DNA of 57,428 nucleotides from Gemmatimonadaceae bacterium (GCA_039928475.1 JBDSTA010000367.1:1-57428), one strand, 5' to 3'; shown: positions 8,699 to 17,743, counted from the first letter of the stretch. Numbers and translations are program-made. Notes: generated by a model from the sequence alone, not told the origin.

Positions 8699-10309
8699 AT
8701 GCCACAGGGATCCGCCTCCGCAGCCGCAGCACGCGCGCGCAGTTTCGGCGTCCGCGGCCTGCTTGCCGTGACCGTGCTCGTCGCCGCATCCGCGTGCCGC
8801 GATAAGACGCCACCGCCTCCAGCCGCTCCTCCCCTCGCACCGCGCACGCCGACGACCGCGCTTCAGGGGCTAACAGGTCCGCAGCGCGACTCGCTCCATC
8901 ACCTCGGTGAGGGCGACGAGTTCATGCCCGTCACCTGGATCCGCTCGCTCAGGAGCGTCGCGACGGGCAAGCTCTTCCTCGAGGACATCGAGCGCTTCGG
9001 CATGCTGCCCGACCCCGACGACTCGCTCGGATTCCCCATCGGGCTTTCGGCCACGAAGCCCTCGGACGTCGGCGCGAGGTCGAACCTCATGGTGGGCTTC
9101 TCGTGCGCCGCGTGCCACACCGCGCAGCTCGTGCTCAACGGCAAGCCCATGATCATCGAGGGCGGCTCGGCGCTCTCGGACCCGCAGAAGTTCGAGCGCG
9201 AGCTCGTCGCGTCCATCATGGCGCTCCTCAAGAATCCGAAGGAGGCGGTGGCGTTCGTGAAGCGCGTGAACGCGCAGCCCGAATGGCTGCGGGAGAGGCA
9301 GCCGGTGAGCATGGCGGAGCTGCCGAAGCTGATCGCGTCGTACCGCGCGCGGTTCGACAGCTTCCGGCTGATTGAAGATCTCCTGAAGAAGGAGCCGCGC
9401 ACCGACCCGGGATACGGCCGCATCGACGCGTTCAACACCGCGCGCAACATGTTGTATCCGAAGCAGGGGATCGCACTCACCGCGCCCGTTCGCCACCCCA
9501 AGATCTGGCAGTTCGACCGCCACACGTGGCTGCACTGGGACGGCAACACCAACTCGGTGATGGAGCGCAACATCGGCCAGTCCATCGCGGCCGGCGCCAT
9601 CTACGTCCCGAGCACGGGCGCGACGACGCTGCTGCCGCAGAACCTCAGTGCGCTCCAGGTGCTCGCGTCGCTCATCCAGCCACCGAAGTGGCCCGCGGAG
9701 CTCGCGGGCTCGATCGACGAGAAGCTCGCCGCCGCGGGAAAGCCGATCTACGTCGCCAACTGCGAGCGATGCCACGCCACGCCGGACAAGGCCGAGCGCG
9801 ACACGCTCATCCCGTATCGCGAGATCGGCACGGACCCGCAGCGCGGCATCACGGCCGGCACGAAGCTGTTCAACCAGGGCTACGCGGTCGTCGCCGGCCG
9901 CGAGCTCAAGAAGGCGAAGCTCGCCGCGTACAAGGCGCACGGGATCACGGATTCCATGGCGCACGCCATCGAGGGCGCGCGCTACGAGTCGAAGTGGCGC
10001 GTCACGGGCGCGTACGCCGCGCGGCCGCTCACGTCCATCTGGGCCACCGCGCCCTACTTCCACAACGGCTCCGTGCCGTCGCTCCACGACGTGTTGCTCC
10101 CACCGGCACAGCGCCCCGTCACCTTCGTGCTCGGCGCCCAGGAGTTCGATCCCGTGAAGGTCGGCATCACCGGCACGCCGCCGGCCAACGTTCCGCCGTT
10201 CACCTTCGACACGCGGAAGGTTGGCAACAGCAATGCAGGACATCTCTTCGGTACGACGCTGAGCGACGTGCAGCGCCGCCAGCTGCTCGAGTACCTCAAA
10301 ACCCTGTGA
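8699..10309 (+). CDS. Di-heme c-type cytochrome lipoprotein (peroxidase-like)
   Basis: Two CxxCH heme-binding motifs: CAACH (nt 9104..9118) and CERCH (nt 9761..9775). The track GTG at 8645 was trimmed to the ATG at 8699, giving a signal peptide ending LVAASAC (lipobox-like). Confidence 0.8.
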   Translation: MPQGSASAAAARARSFGVRGLLAVTVLVAASACRDKTPPPPAAPPLAPRTPTTALQGLTGPQRDSLHHLGEGDEFMPVTWIRSLRSVATGKLFLEDIERFGMLPDPDDSLGFPIGLSATKPSDVGARSNLMVGFSCAACHTAQLVLNGKPMIIEGGSALSDPQKFERELVASIMALLKNPKEAVAFVKRVNAQPEWLRERQPVSMAELPKLIASYRARFDSFRLIEDLLKKEPRTDPGYGRIDAFNTARNMLYPKQGIALTAPVRHPKIWQFDRHTWLHWDGNTNSVMERNIGQSIAAGAIYVPSTGATTLLPQNLSALQVLASLIQPPKWPAELAGSIDEKLAAAGKPIYVANCERCHATPDKAERDTLIPYREIGTDPQRGITAGTKLFNQGYAVVAGRELKKAKLAAYKAHGITDSMAHAIEGARYESKWRVTGAYAARPLTSIWATAPYFHNGSVPSLHDVLLPPAQRPVTFVLGAQEFDPVKVGITGTPPANVPPFTFDTRKVGNSNAGHLFGTTLSDVQRRQLLEYLKTL

Positions 10310-10322
10310 CGAGGACGTCCAC

Positions 10323-11840
10323 GTGAGCGCAGTCGTCCGGCAGACGTACATCATCTCCGACCTTCACCTCGGCGGGGTCTATCCCGAGCCCGGCTCGAAC
10401 GACCGGGGCTTCCGCATCTGCACGCATGCGAGCGCCGTGTCGGACTTCGTCGATGCGCTCACCGCGAAGCCCGTGGACAATCCGGCCATCGAGCTGATCG
10501 TGAATGGCGACCTCGTGGACTTCCTCGCCGAGCGCGACGACGAGGGCACGGCGGACGCGTGGTCGGCGTTCACCTTCGAGCAGCCGTCGGCGCGGAAGAA
10601 GCTCGACGCCATCATCGAGCGCGACAAGGGCGTGTTCGATTCGCTCGCGAGGTACCTCGCCAAGGGGCACCGCCTCGTCATCCTCCTCGGCAATCACGAC
10701 ATCGAGCTGGCCATGCCCTCGGTCCGCGATGGGCTCGCGAAGGCCCTCGGTGTCACGAAGGGTTCCGACTACGAGCTGATTCGCGACGGCGAGGGCTACC
10801 TCGTGGGCGACACGCTCGTCGAGCATGGCAATCGGTACGACTCGTTCAACTTCGTGGACTACGGCAAGCTCCAGGGCCACTGCCAGTGGATCTCGCGCAA
10901 CCAGGGGCACGAGTCGGCCGCGTTTCCGCCGCCGCCCGGCAGCCAGATGGTCGCGAACATCATCAACCCCATCAAGCTGCACTACAAGTTCATCGACCTC
11001 CTCAAGCCGGAGACGGGAGCGGTCGTGCCCCTCCTGCTCACGCTCGAGCCGGGCTATCGCGGGCTGCTCGGCAAGGTGTCGCTCATCGCGATGCAGGCGC
11101 GCGGCGCGGTGAAGCTCGCGGTCACCGGCAAGGCGCCGGCACCGGCACCGGCGCAGTCGGCGCCGAAGGCGTCACCCAGTGGCGGCTTCGAGGACGATGC
11201 GCCGATGACGAGCGACATCTCATCCGGCGGCGGGCCGATGACCGAGGAGGCGGCGCTCAAGGCGATGCTCGAGGAGCACATCGACGCCGACGCGCACGAG
11301 CTCCGCGCGCTGGCCGTGGGCGAGGAGCACCTGTTGACGAGCGACATCAGCTCCGGGGGCGACCTCGTGAGTCACATCTGGGGCATGGCCAAGCTGCTGC
11401 TGTCACCCGCCAGCGACGCCGTGCACACGCGGCTCGACGCGCTCGCGTCGGCGTTCAAGTCACTCCAGGACGACCGCACCTTCGACCAGTCCATCGAGAC
11501 CGCGCCCGAGTATCTCGACGCGGCGACGGCGCTCGCGTCGAACGGGATCAAGCACGTGGTGTTCGGCCACACGCACATGGCGAAGAAGATCCCGTTGCCC
11601 TCGGGTGGATTCTACCTCAACAGCGGCACGTGGGCGGACGTGATGAAGTTTCCCTCGGACCTGTTGTCGGGCACGAAGGACGAGTCGCGCGCGCGCCTGA
11701 GCGCCTTCGTGGACCAGATCTCCAAGGGCGACTTCAGCACCTTCACGCTCTTTCATCCCACCTATGTCCGGCTCGACCTGGACGCCGGTGGCGTCACGAG
11801 CCCTGAGCTGCTGCAGTACGAGAACGCCGCGAGTGTCTAG
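10323..11840 (+). CDS. Calcineurin-like metallophosphoesterase with a large internal insertion
   Basis: Ordered metallophosphatase motifs are present: ISDLHLGG, NGDLVDF, LLGNHD, EHGNR and FGHTH. The GTG start lies 14 nt after the upstream stop. An Ala/Pro/Ser-rich insert separates the N- and C-terminal motif blocks. Confidence 0.85.
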   Translation: MSAVVRQTYIISDLHLGGVYPEPGSNDRGFRICTHASAVSDFVDALTAKPVDNPAIELIVNGDLVDFLAERDDEGTADAWSAFTFEQPSARKKLDAIIERDKGVFDSLARYLAKGHRLVILLGNHDIELAMPSVRDGLAKALGVTKGSDYELIRDGEGYLVGDTLVEHGNRYDSFNFVDYGKLQGHCQWISRNQGHESAAFPPPPGSQMVANIINPIKLHYKFIDLLKPETGAVVPLLLTLEPGYRGLLGKVSLIAMQARGAVKLAVTGKAPAPAPAQSAPKASPSGGFEDDAPMTSDISSGGGPMTEEAALKAMLEEHIDADAHELRALAVGEEHLLTSDISSGGDLVSHIWGMAKLLLSPASDAVHTRLDALASAFKSLQDDRTFDQSIETAPEYLDAATALASNGIKHVVFGHTHMAKKIPLPSGGFYLNSGTWADVMKFPSDLLSGTKDESRARLSAFVDQISKGDFSTFTLFHPTYVRLDLDAGGVTSPELLQYENAASV

Positions 11841-11843
11841 GAG

Positions 11844-13622
11844 ATGACGGAATCAGCGGGCATAGCGGATGACACCGATCCGCTAACGCCGTTCACGACG
11901 TTCGACCGCAGCGCGATCGTCCTCATCGAGGCCTTCGACGCCACGGGGCAGAACGTCAGCCGCGGCACGGGCACGCTCGTCGCGCCGAGTCTCGTGCTCA
12001 CGGCGCTGCACGTCGTGGCGTTCCGCAAGTCGGAGTCGCTCACGCCCAAGGGCGTGTCCCTCCGGCTGACGTTCCAGGGCGGCACGTCCACCACCGGCGC
12101 CATCGTCTCCGACGGATGGGACCCGAAGGACGACTGGGCGCTGATCGAGCTCGCAGAATCGTCGACGGTCGCTCCCATGAAGCTGGCGTCGCTCGCGGAG
12201 GACGATCGCGAGTGGAAGAGCTTCGGCTTTCCCGATGCACAGCCGGACGGCATGGTGATCTCGGGCAAGGTCGAGGCGGCGAACGGCACGTTCGAGCAGG
12301 TCGATGCGCTGCAGCTCATGTGCACGCAGGTCGGCGCCGGCGCGGGCGGGATGTCGAAGGGGTTGAGCGGTGCTCCGGTCGTGATCGACGGCCATCTCGT
12401 GGGCGTGATGCGCGCGGCGCTCATGAAGGACGGTCGCACCGAGATGGCCACGCTCTACGCGTGCCCGGTGCGGGCCATCCTCAAGAAGAAGAAAGTCGGT
12501 GCAGGCGGCACCGCGAACGATCTCTGGGCCGGCGACTTCGGCATCGATGCCCTTCCGCGCATCGACCGCAACCCGCTCGGCACACAGATCGCCGAGCTCA
12601 CGCGCGCCACTGGCCGGCAGTCGCTCGTGTTCGCCGGCGCTGCAGCCGGTGGACTGGGAGTCGTCCTTGCCGGAGCGCTCGCACTCGAGCAGATGCGCAT
12701 GCCGCGCGTGCACATCGAAGGAACGGTCGACGCAACAGCTGTTCGCTTCACGGTGGCGCCTGCAACGGTGCTTCCGCTGCAAACCTCCAACGTGGGCCGC
12801 GTGGACGCTCGCAGCGTCGTGGCGTCGGGCCTCACCGGGCTGACGTACCCTTCCACCAGCGGTGGACGGATCGCGAGCATCACCGACGAGGTCTTCCTCG
12901 GGGCCGCGGACTCGACCGGACCGTCGATGGTTGCGGTAGACCTGACCAAGCCTTCCGGCGCTGACACGCTCTTCTCGCTGCGCGCGGAGTCCGTCGGCAC
13001 TTACCTGCTCGTGTTCGCGGGTGCCGCCGTGCCGGGATCGCTCCCGATGCCGGTACGGAGCGGCGCACTCATGGAGACGCATGACGGAACTACCACGGAC
13101 ATAACCTTCCCACCGCTGCCAGGCACGCGGGTGGCGTCGGATTCCGTGGAGGTCCGCCGCGCAGCGGCGCCGCTCAAGCTGCTGGTCACCCTGATGCCCG
13201 AAGCGCCCGCGATGCTGCGGCTCCCGCTCACGGCGAAGGGACTCGACTTCGCCGCCAGCGCGCGCAACGACAAGAACGACAACGTGGACCTGTCGAGTGT
13301 GGTGCAGGCGGCAGTGCGCCTGGACGGCAGCACCACGGACATGCGGCTGAACGAGCGTGACAAGCTCGTCATTCCTCGCGGCACGCTGAGCATCGATGGC
13401 CTCACGCTCTCCGCGGACCGCAAGAATGTCCAGGTGACGTTCAGCGGTGAGGCGGATTCGCTCTCCCTCTCAGACGGGGGTGCGCTTCGCAATGGGATAC
13501 CAACGCGGCTCGAGCATCTCATGCGCGTCGCGCTGATCCCTGCGCTCCTCGGCGGCGCGGTGCTCGCGGCGGCCGTCACATTCGGCCTCCTGGCGCTCGC
13601 CCGCAACCGGAGACGCGCATGA
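11844..13622 (+). CDS. Membrane-anchored trypsin-like (chymotrypsin-fold) serine protease: cytoplasmic catalytic domain, two TM helices and an extracytoplasmic domain
   Basis: The His/Asp/Ser triad context is in canonical order: LTALHVV, DDWALIEL, GLSGAPVV. There is no N-terminal signal peptide. Hydrophobic helices lie at about aa 260-282 and 561-586, and the tail RNRRRA is positively charged. The ATG follows the upstream TAG by 3 nt. Confidence 0.8.
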   Translation: MTESAGIADDTDPLTPFTTFDRSAIVLIEAFDATGQNVSRGTGTLVAPSLVLTALHVVAFRKSESLTPKGVSLRLTFQGGTSTTGAIVSDGWDPKDDWALIELAESSTVAPMKLASLAEDDREWKSFGFPDAQPDGMVISGKVEAANGTFEQVDALQLMCTQVGAGAGGMSKGLSGAPVVIDGHLVGVMRAALMKDGRTEMATLYACPVRAILKKKKVGAGGTANDLWAGDFGIDALPRIDRNPLGTQIAELTRATGRQSLVFAGAAAGGLGVVLAGALALEQMRMPRVHIEGTVDATAVRFTVAPATVLPLQTSNVGRVDARSVVASGLTGLTYPSTSGGRIASITDEVFLGAADSTGPSMVAVDLTKPSGADTLFSLRAESVGTYLLVFAGAAVPGSLPMPVRSGALMETHDGTTTDITFPPLPGTRVASDSVEVRRAAAPLKLLVTLMPEAPAMLRLPLTAKGLDFAASARNDKNDNVDLSSVVQAAVRLDGSTTDMRLNERDKLVIPRGTLSIDGLTLSADRKNVQVTFSGEADSLSLSDGGALRNGIPTRLEHLMRVALIPALLGGAVLAAAVTFGLLALARNRRRA

Positions 13623-14968
13623 GCGCTCGCTGGTGGGCCGTCGTCCTGCTCCTCGCCATGGCGCATCCGGCGCAGGCGCAGAACGCGCCGCCGCCAGACG
13701 GGGTGCTCTCGCTCGTGGTGAAGATCGTCACGCGCGTGAAGTCCGCCAGCGGCACCTTCCTCCCGCGCGAGTCGGGCGCCGGCGTCGTGGTGGGGCTCGA
13801 CGAACGCAACGTTTACATCGCTACCGCCCGTCACGTCGTGGCCGAAGGCGAGGAAGGCGAGTATGTGATTGCGGACTCGGTCTACGTCACCTTCTTCGGG
13901 CAGGATTCCGCAGCGAAGTCCGTCGCGCACGTGGTGCTCCTGGATTCCGCGTATGTCGCCGGCTCCCGGGCTGCGCTCACTGCCGCGCTCGCGCGCCGTG
14001 ACACTGCTGCGGCGAGAATCGCGCTCCTGGGCGTGACCGCGGACAGCGCGCGCATCGAGGGTGCCGATCTCGCGCTGCTCGTCGTGCCGCGCCCACGCGA
14101 TGGCATCGCCGTGACGCTCCTGCCGCGAGAGCTGAACCGCCTCGGCGACGCGCGCGCGCTCGGCTTCGGCGATCCGGTCATCCCGCTTGGCTGCCCGTCC
14201 GGCGAATGCTGGCGCGTTCCGGCCAGTACCGATCGCGTCATCGGGCTTCGTCCACAACTGCTCTTCCAGACGGCATTCGTACGCCCCGGCAGCTCCGGCG
14301 GCGCGCTCTTCAATCAGTGGTGGGAAGTGGTGGGCCTCGTCATCACGCGTGATACGCCGATCGCCGAGGCGCTGCCAATGCGCGACGCCGTGGATATGCT
14401 CGTGCGCGCATGCGTCCCCGTTGGCATCACCTTGCCGACGTATCCGCGTGCGGGTTATCACCGCGTGCTGTCCATGACGTTCCTCGCGAGCTCGGACCAT
14501 GTGGCCGTCCCGGACTCGGTGGCCGCCGGCTGGCGCTCGCCGAGCTCGCGCATCACGCTCTCTCGGCGGGGTGCGTCGCCCTTCGCGCTGCAGGGTTCAC
14601 TCGTTCGGCTCTCGCCGTACAACATGACCGTGAATGCCGCGCTGGCGGGCGCAAGCTTCCAGGTGCGCGTGGACCGCCTGACGATCGAGCCGTTCGCCGA
14701 CTTCGGGCTCGGGCGCGTGGAGACGCGGTACGACGCGGGGGGCTACTACGAAACGGGGAGCGATGCGTCGAGCCCCCGCTACGTGCCGCTGTGGGTGCGG
14801 GAGCATCAGGACGGCATCGGCGTGGGCGGCGGTGTCGAGGCGGGCTACCTCATACGTCCGCACTATCGCCTCACGGCAACCATGGCGCACTGGAGCTTCT
14901 CGCTGACACCGCACGCGCCCGTGCTTCCTACTTTTTTCTTCGGCGGAGGACTCAGATGGGAACGTTGA
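13619..14968 (+). CDS. Secreted trypsin-like serine protease with C-terminal beta-barrel-like domain
   Basis: Signal peptide MSARWWAVVLLLAMAHPAQA. Triad context ATARHVV, ADLALLVV, GSSGGALF. The C-terminal ~170 aa show alternating hydrophobic strands. The start forms an ATGA overlap with the upstream stop (13619-13622). Confidence 0.8.
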   Translation: MSARWWAVVLLLAMAHPAQAQNAPPPDGVLSLVVKIVTRVKSASGTFLPRESGAGVVVGLDERNVYIATARHVVAEGEEGEYVIADSVYVTFFGQDSAAKSVAHVVLLDSAYVAGSRAALTAALARRDTAAARIALLGVTADSARIEGADLALLVVPRPRDGIAVTLLPRELNRLGDARALGFGDPVIPLGCPSGECWRVPASTDRVIGLRPQLLFQTAFVRPGSSGGALFNQWWEVVGLVITRDTPIAEALPMRDAVDMLVRACVPVGITLPTYPRAGYHRVLSMTFLASSDHVAVPDSVAAGWRSPSSRITLSRRGASPFALQGSLVRLSPYNMTVNAALAGASFQVRVDRLTIEPFADFGLGRVETRYDAGGYYETGSDASSPRYVPLWVREHQDGIGVGGGVEAGYLIRPHYRLTATMAHWSFSLTPHAPVLPTFFFGGGLRWER

Positions 14969-15834
14969 TGCGCACGGCATCGCTCACGGCACTGTCGTCG
15001 CTGCTCGCGCTGCAGGTGCAGGCCCAGCAGCTGCCCGCGGGGTGCGACAACCAGCTCAACCCGCGAGCCGGCGGCGACGACGACAGCTACAAGGTGCGCG
15101 GCGGCGCGTCGGGCTGGTGCGAAGGCAAGTACAAGCGCTCCGTGGGCAACCGTATCCTGACCGTCGACGCCCTGACGCTCGCCGCTGATCCCATCGTGGC
15201 GAAGGTGCTCAAGAAGACCGACTCACTCAGCGTACAGTGGATGGCGCCTCCGGGTGCGGTGGTTCACCTCACCGGACGACAGGTCACGGACGATTCCCGG
15301 CCCGACTACAAGCTCGACGCGGAGGTGAAGACCGGTGCGAACGGGGTAGGCAAGTGGAGCTGGCCCACCGCCCTGCTGCGCAAGTTCGGCATGTGGCCGG
15401 TGGCCACCCTCGGTCCCGATGACGACCTGAAGCCCATCTATGTATCGGTGCAGGGAGCGGCACACCTGCCGGGGGCGCAGGAGGGCGACAGCATGTTCAT
15501 CCCCATCCGCGTGTCGCACCCATCGGACACAAGCGCCAACCGCTCGCGCATCGAGATCGTCATGCATACCGCGCAGCAGGTGAAGCTGGACGGCTTGAAG
15601 CTCCAACGCCGGTTCAGCGCGGACTCCGTGGCGGAGGTCAAGATGGCGCCTGGCTGTCCTGCACCGAGGAATTCACGGATTCCCGGCAATCCCGTCAGGG
15701 TCATGGTCTGCATGCCTCCGGGAGCGGAGCGGGGGGTATATGTGCTCACGGTTGGAGCGGGCACGACCGCCACGTCATTGAGCTTGTACCACGCCACGAC
15801 ACCAGTGACGAGGGGGGGCGCCAGCGGCCCATGA
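14968..15834 (+). CDS. Secreted hypothetical protein
   Basis: Track ORF 14410..15834 was trimmed to the in-frame ATG at 14968, which forms a TGATG junction with the upstream stop. An alternative ATG lies at 14956. The signal peptide is MRTASLTALSSLLALQVQAQ. No recognisable motifs. Confidence 0.65.
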   Translation: MRTASLTALSSLLALQVQAQQLPAGCDNQLNPRAGGDDDSYKVRGGASGWCEGKYKRSVGNRILTVDALTLAADPIVAKVLKKTDSLSVQWMAPPGAVVHLTGRQVTDDSRPDYKLDAEVKTGANGVGKWSWPTALLRKFGMWPVATLGPDDDLKPIYVSVQGAAHLPGAQEGDSMFIPIRVSHPSDTSANRSRIEIVMHTAQQVKLDGLKLQRRFSADSVAEVKMAPGCPAPRNSRIPGNPVRVMVCMPPGAERGVYVLTVGAGTTATSLSLYHATTPVTRGGASGP

Positions 15835-15865
15835 CACGGCCCGGCGCGGCCTGTAAGCTTCGCGC

Positions 15866-17737
15866 ATGTCCTCCACCGTCCGTGACGAGCTCCGCTCGCT
15901 CCGCTTTCTCGATGGCCTGACCGACACGGCCGTCCACCAGCTCTCGAAGATCGTCACGCTCACCGACTTCGAGTGCGACGCGCTCCTGTTCGAGGAAGGC
16001 GACGCGCGGCGCATCATGGCCTTCATCGAGTCCGGCGCCGTGGCCATCGAGAAAGGCAAGAACACGCGCCCCGTTCGGCTCGCCACGTTCGGCGCCGGCG
16101 AGGCCGTGGGCGAAGGCCTGCTGCTCGACGACTCGATCCACGGCACCAGCGCGCGCGCCCTCGCGAAGACGCGCGCGTACATCCTCACGAAGGACCAGGT
16201 GGCCGACATGCTGCGCGAGGCGCCGCAGCTGTACGCGGCACTCGTCGCACGGGCCGCGCGCGCCATCAAGCAGCGCCTCTCCGCCGTGGACGCCACGCTC
16301 GTGGGCCGCGGACGCAGCCTCGGCTTCGGCAGCGCGAAGACGCGCAAGGAGCACGACCTGCTCGGCGAGCGCGACGTCCCTGACGATGCGCTCTACGGCG
16401 TGCAGACGCTGCGCGCGCTGGAGAACTTCGCGATCACCGGCGTGCCGCTTCGCGAGTTCCCCGACATGATCGAGGCGATTGCCGCGGTGAAGGAAGCCGC
16501 CGCGCGCGCGAACGCCGACCTGGGCCTGCTCCCTGCCGACGTCGCCGATGCGATCGGGCGCGCCGCCGCGGAGATTCGCGCGGGCCGCCACCACGAGCAC
16601 TTCATGGTGGACATGATCCAGGGCGGGGCCGGCACGTCCACCAACATGAATGCGAACGAGGTGATCGCGAATCGCGCGCTCGAGCTCTCCGGCCATTCGC
16701 GCGGCGAATACCAGTACGTCCACCCGAACAACCACGTCAACCTCAGCCAGTCCACCAACGACGTCTACCCGACGTCGGTGAAGATCGCGCTGCACATCGC
16801 GATTGAGGACCTCCGCGAGTCGATGCGGAAGCTGGTGGAGGCGTTCCTCGCGAAGGGCGTCGAGTTCGGGCCCTTCATCAAGATGGGACGCACGCAGCTC
16901 CAGGACGCCGTGCCGATGACCCTCGGCCAGGAGTTCACCGCGTTCGGGCACACGATCCAGGAGGACGTGGACCGCCTCGGCGAGGCGCAGGCGCTCATCC
17001 GCGAGATCAACATGGGCGCGACGGCGATCGGCACGGGCATCAACGCGCCGAAGGGCTATCCCGAGGCCGTGCGCGCGCATCTCTCGCGCATCACGGGCCT
17101 CGAGCTCATCACCGCGCCCGACCTCGTCGAGGCCACGGCGGACACGGGATCGTTCGTGCAGCTCTCCGGCGTGTTGAAGCGCTGCGCGGTGAAGCTGTCG
17201 AAGATCTGCAACGACCTTCGCCTGCTCTCCTCGGGGCCGCGCGCCGGATTCGGCGAGATCAACCTGCCCCCGATGCAGCCTGGCTCGTCGATCATGCCGG
17301 GCAAGGTGAACCCGGTCATTCCCGAAGTCGTGAACCAGGTGTGCTTCGACATCATCGGCGGCGACGTCACCGTCACGATGGCGGCAGAAGCGGGCCAGCT
17401 CCAGCTCAACGTGTTCGAGCCGGTCATCGCCTATCGCCTGCTCGGCGGCATCGACGCGCTGACGAATGCGTGCATCGTGCTGCGCGAGCGCTGCATCACG
17501 GGCATCACCGCGAATCCGGACCGCATGCGTCAGTTCGTCGAGCAGTCCATTGGAATCGTCACTGCATTGGTGCCGGTCATTGGTTACGAGGCGAGCACCG
17601 AGATCGCGCGCGACGCGCTCGCGAGCGGCCGCGGCGTGTACGAGCTCGTCATGGAGCGAAAGCTCCTCACGCGCGAGCAGCTCGACCAGGCGCTCAACCC
17701 CGAGGCGATGACGGGTCCCGCCAGCGCGCCGAAGTAG
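15866..17737 (+). CDS. aspA: Aspartate ammonia-lyase with N-terminal cyclic-nucleotide-binding-like domain (fusion)
   Basis: The C-terminal ~460 aa carry fumarate-lyase family signatures: SQSTNDVYPT and GSSIMPGKVNPVIPEV. The PVIPE variant is aspartase-type rather than the fumarase-type PTQCE. The N-terminal ~150 aa resemble a cNMP-binding domain (FEEGDARRIMAFIESGAV ... FGAGEAVGEGLLL ... ARALAKTRAYIL). Confidence 0.85.
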   Translation: MSSTVRDELRSLRFLDGLTDTAVHQLSKIVTLTDFECDALLFEEGDARRIMAFIESGAVAIEKGKNTRPVRLATFGAGEAVGEGLLLDDSIHGTSARALAKTRAYILTKDQVADMLREAPQLYAALVARAARAIKQRLSAVDATLVGRGRSLGFGSAKTRKEHDLLGERDVPDDALYGVQTLRALENFAITGVPLREFPDMIEAIAAVKEAAARANADLGLLPADVADAIGRAAAEIRAGRHHEHFMVDMIQGGAGTSTNMNANEVIANRALELSGHSRGEYQYVHPNNHVNLSQSTNDVYPTSVKIALHIAIEDLRESMRKLVEAFLAKGVEFGPFIKMGRTQLQDAVPMTLGQEFTAFGHTIQEDVDRLGEAQALIREINMGATAIGTGINAPKGYPEAVRAHLSRITGLELITAPDLVEATADTGSFVQLSGVLKRCAVKLSKICNDLRLLSSGPRAGFGEINLPPMQPGSSIMPGKVNPVIPEVVNQVCFDIIGGDVTVTMAAEAGQLQLNVFEPVIAYRLLGGIDALTNACIVLRERCITGITANPDRMRQFVEQSIGIVTALVPVIGYEASTEIARDALASGRGVYELVMERKLLTREQLDQALNPEAMTGPASAPK

Positions 17738-17743
17738 CGCGCC

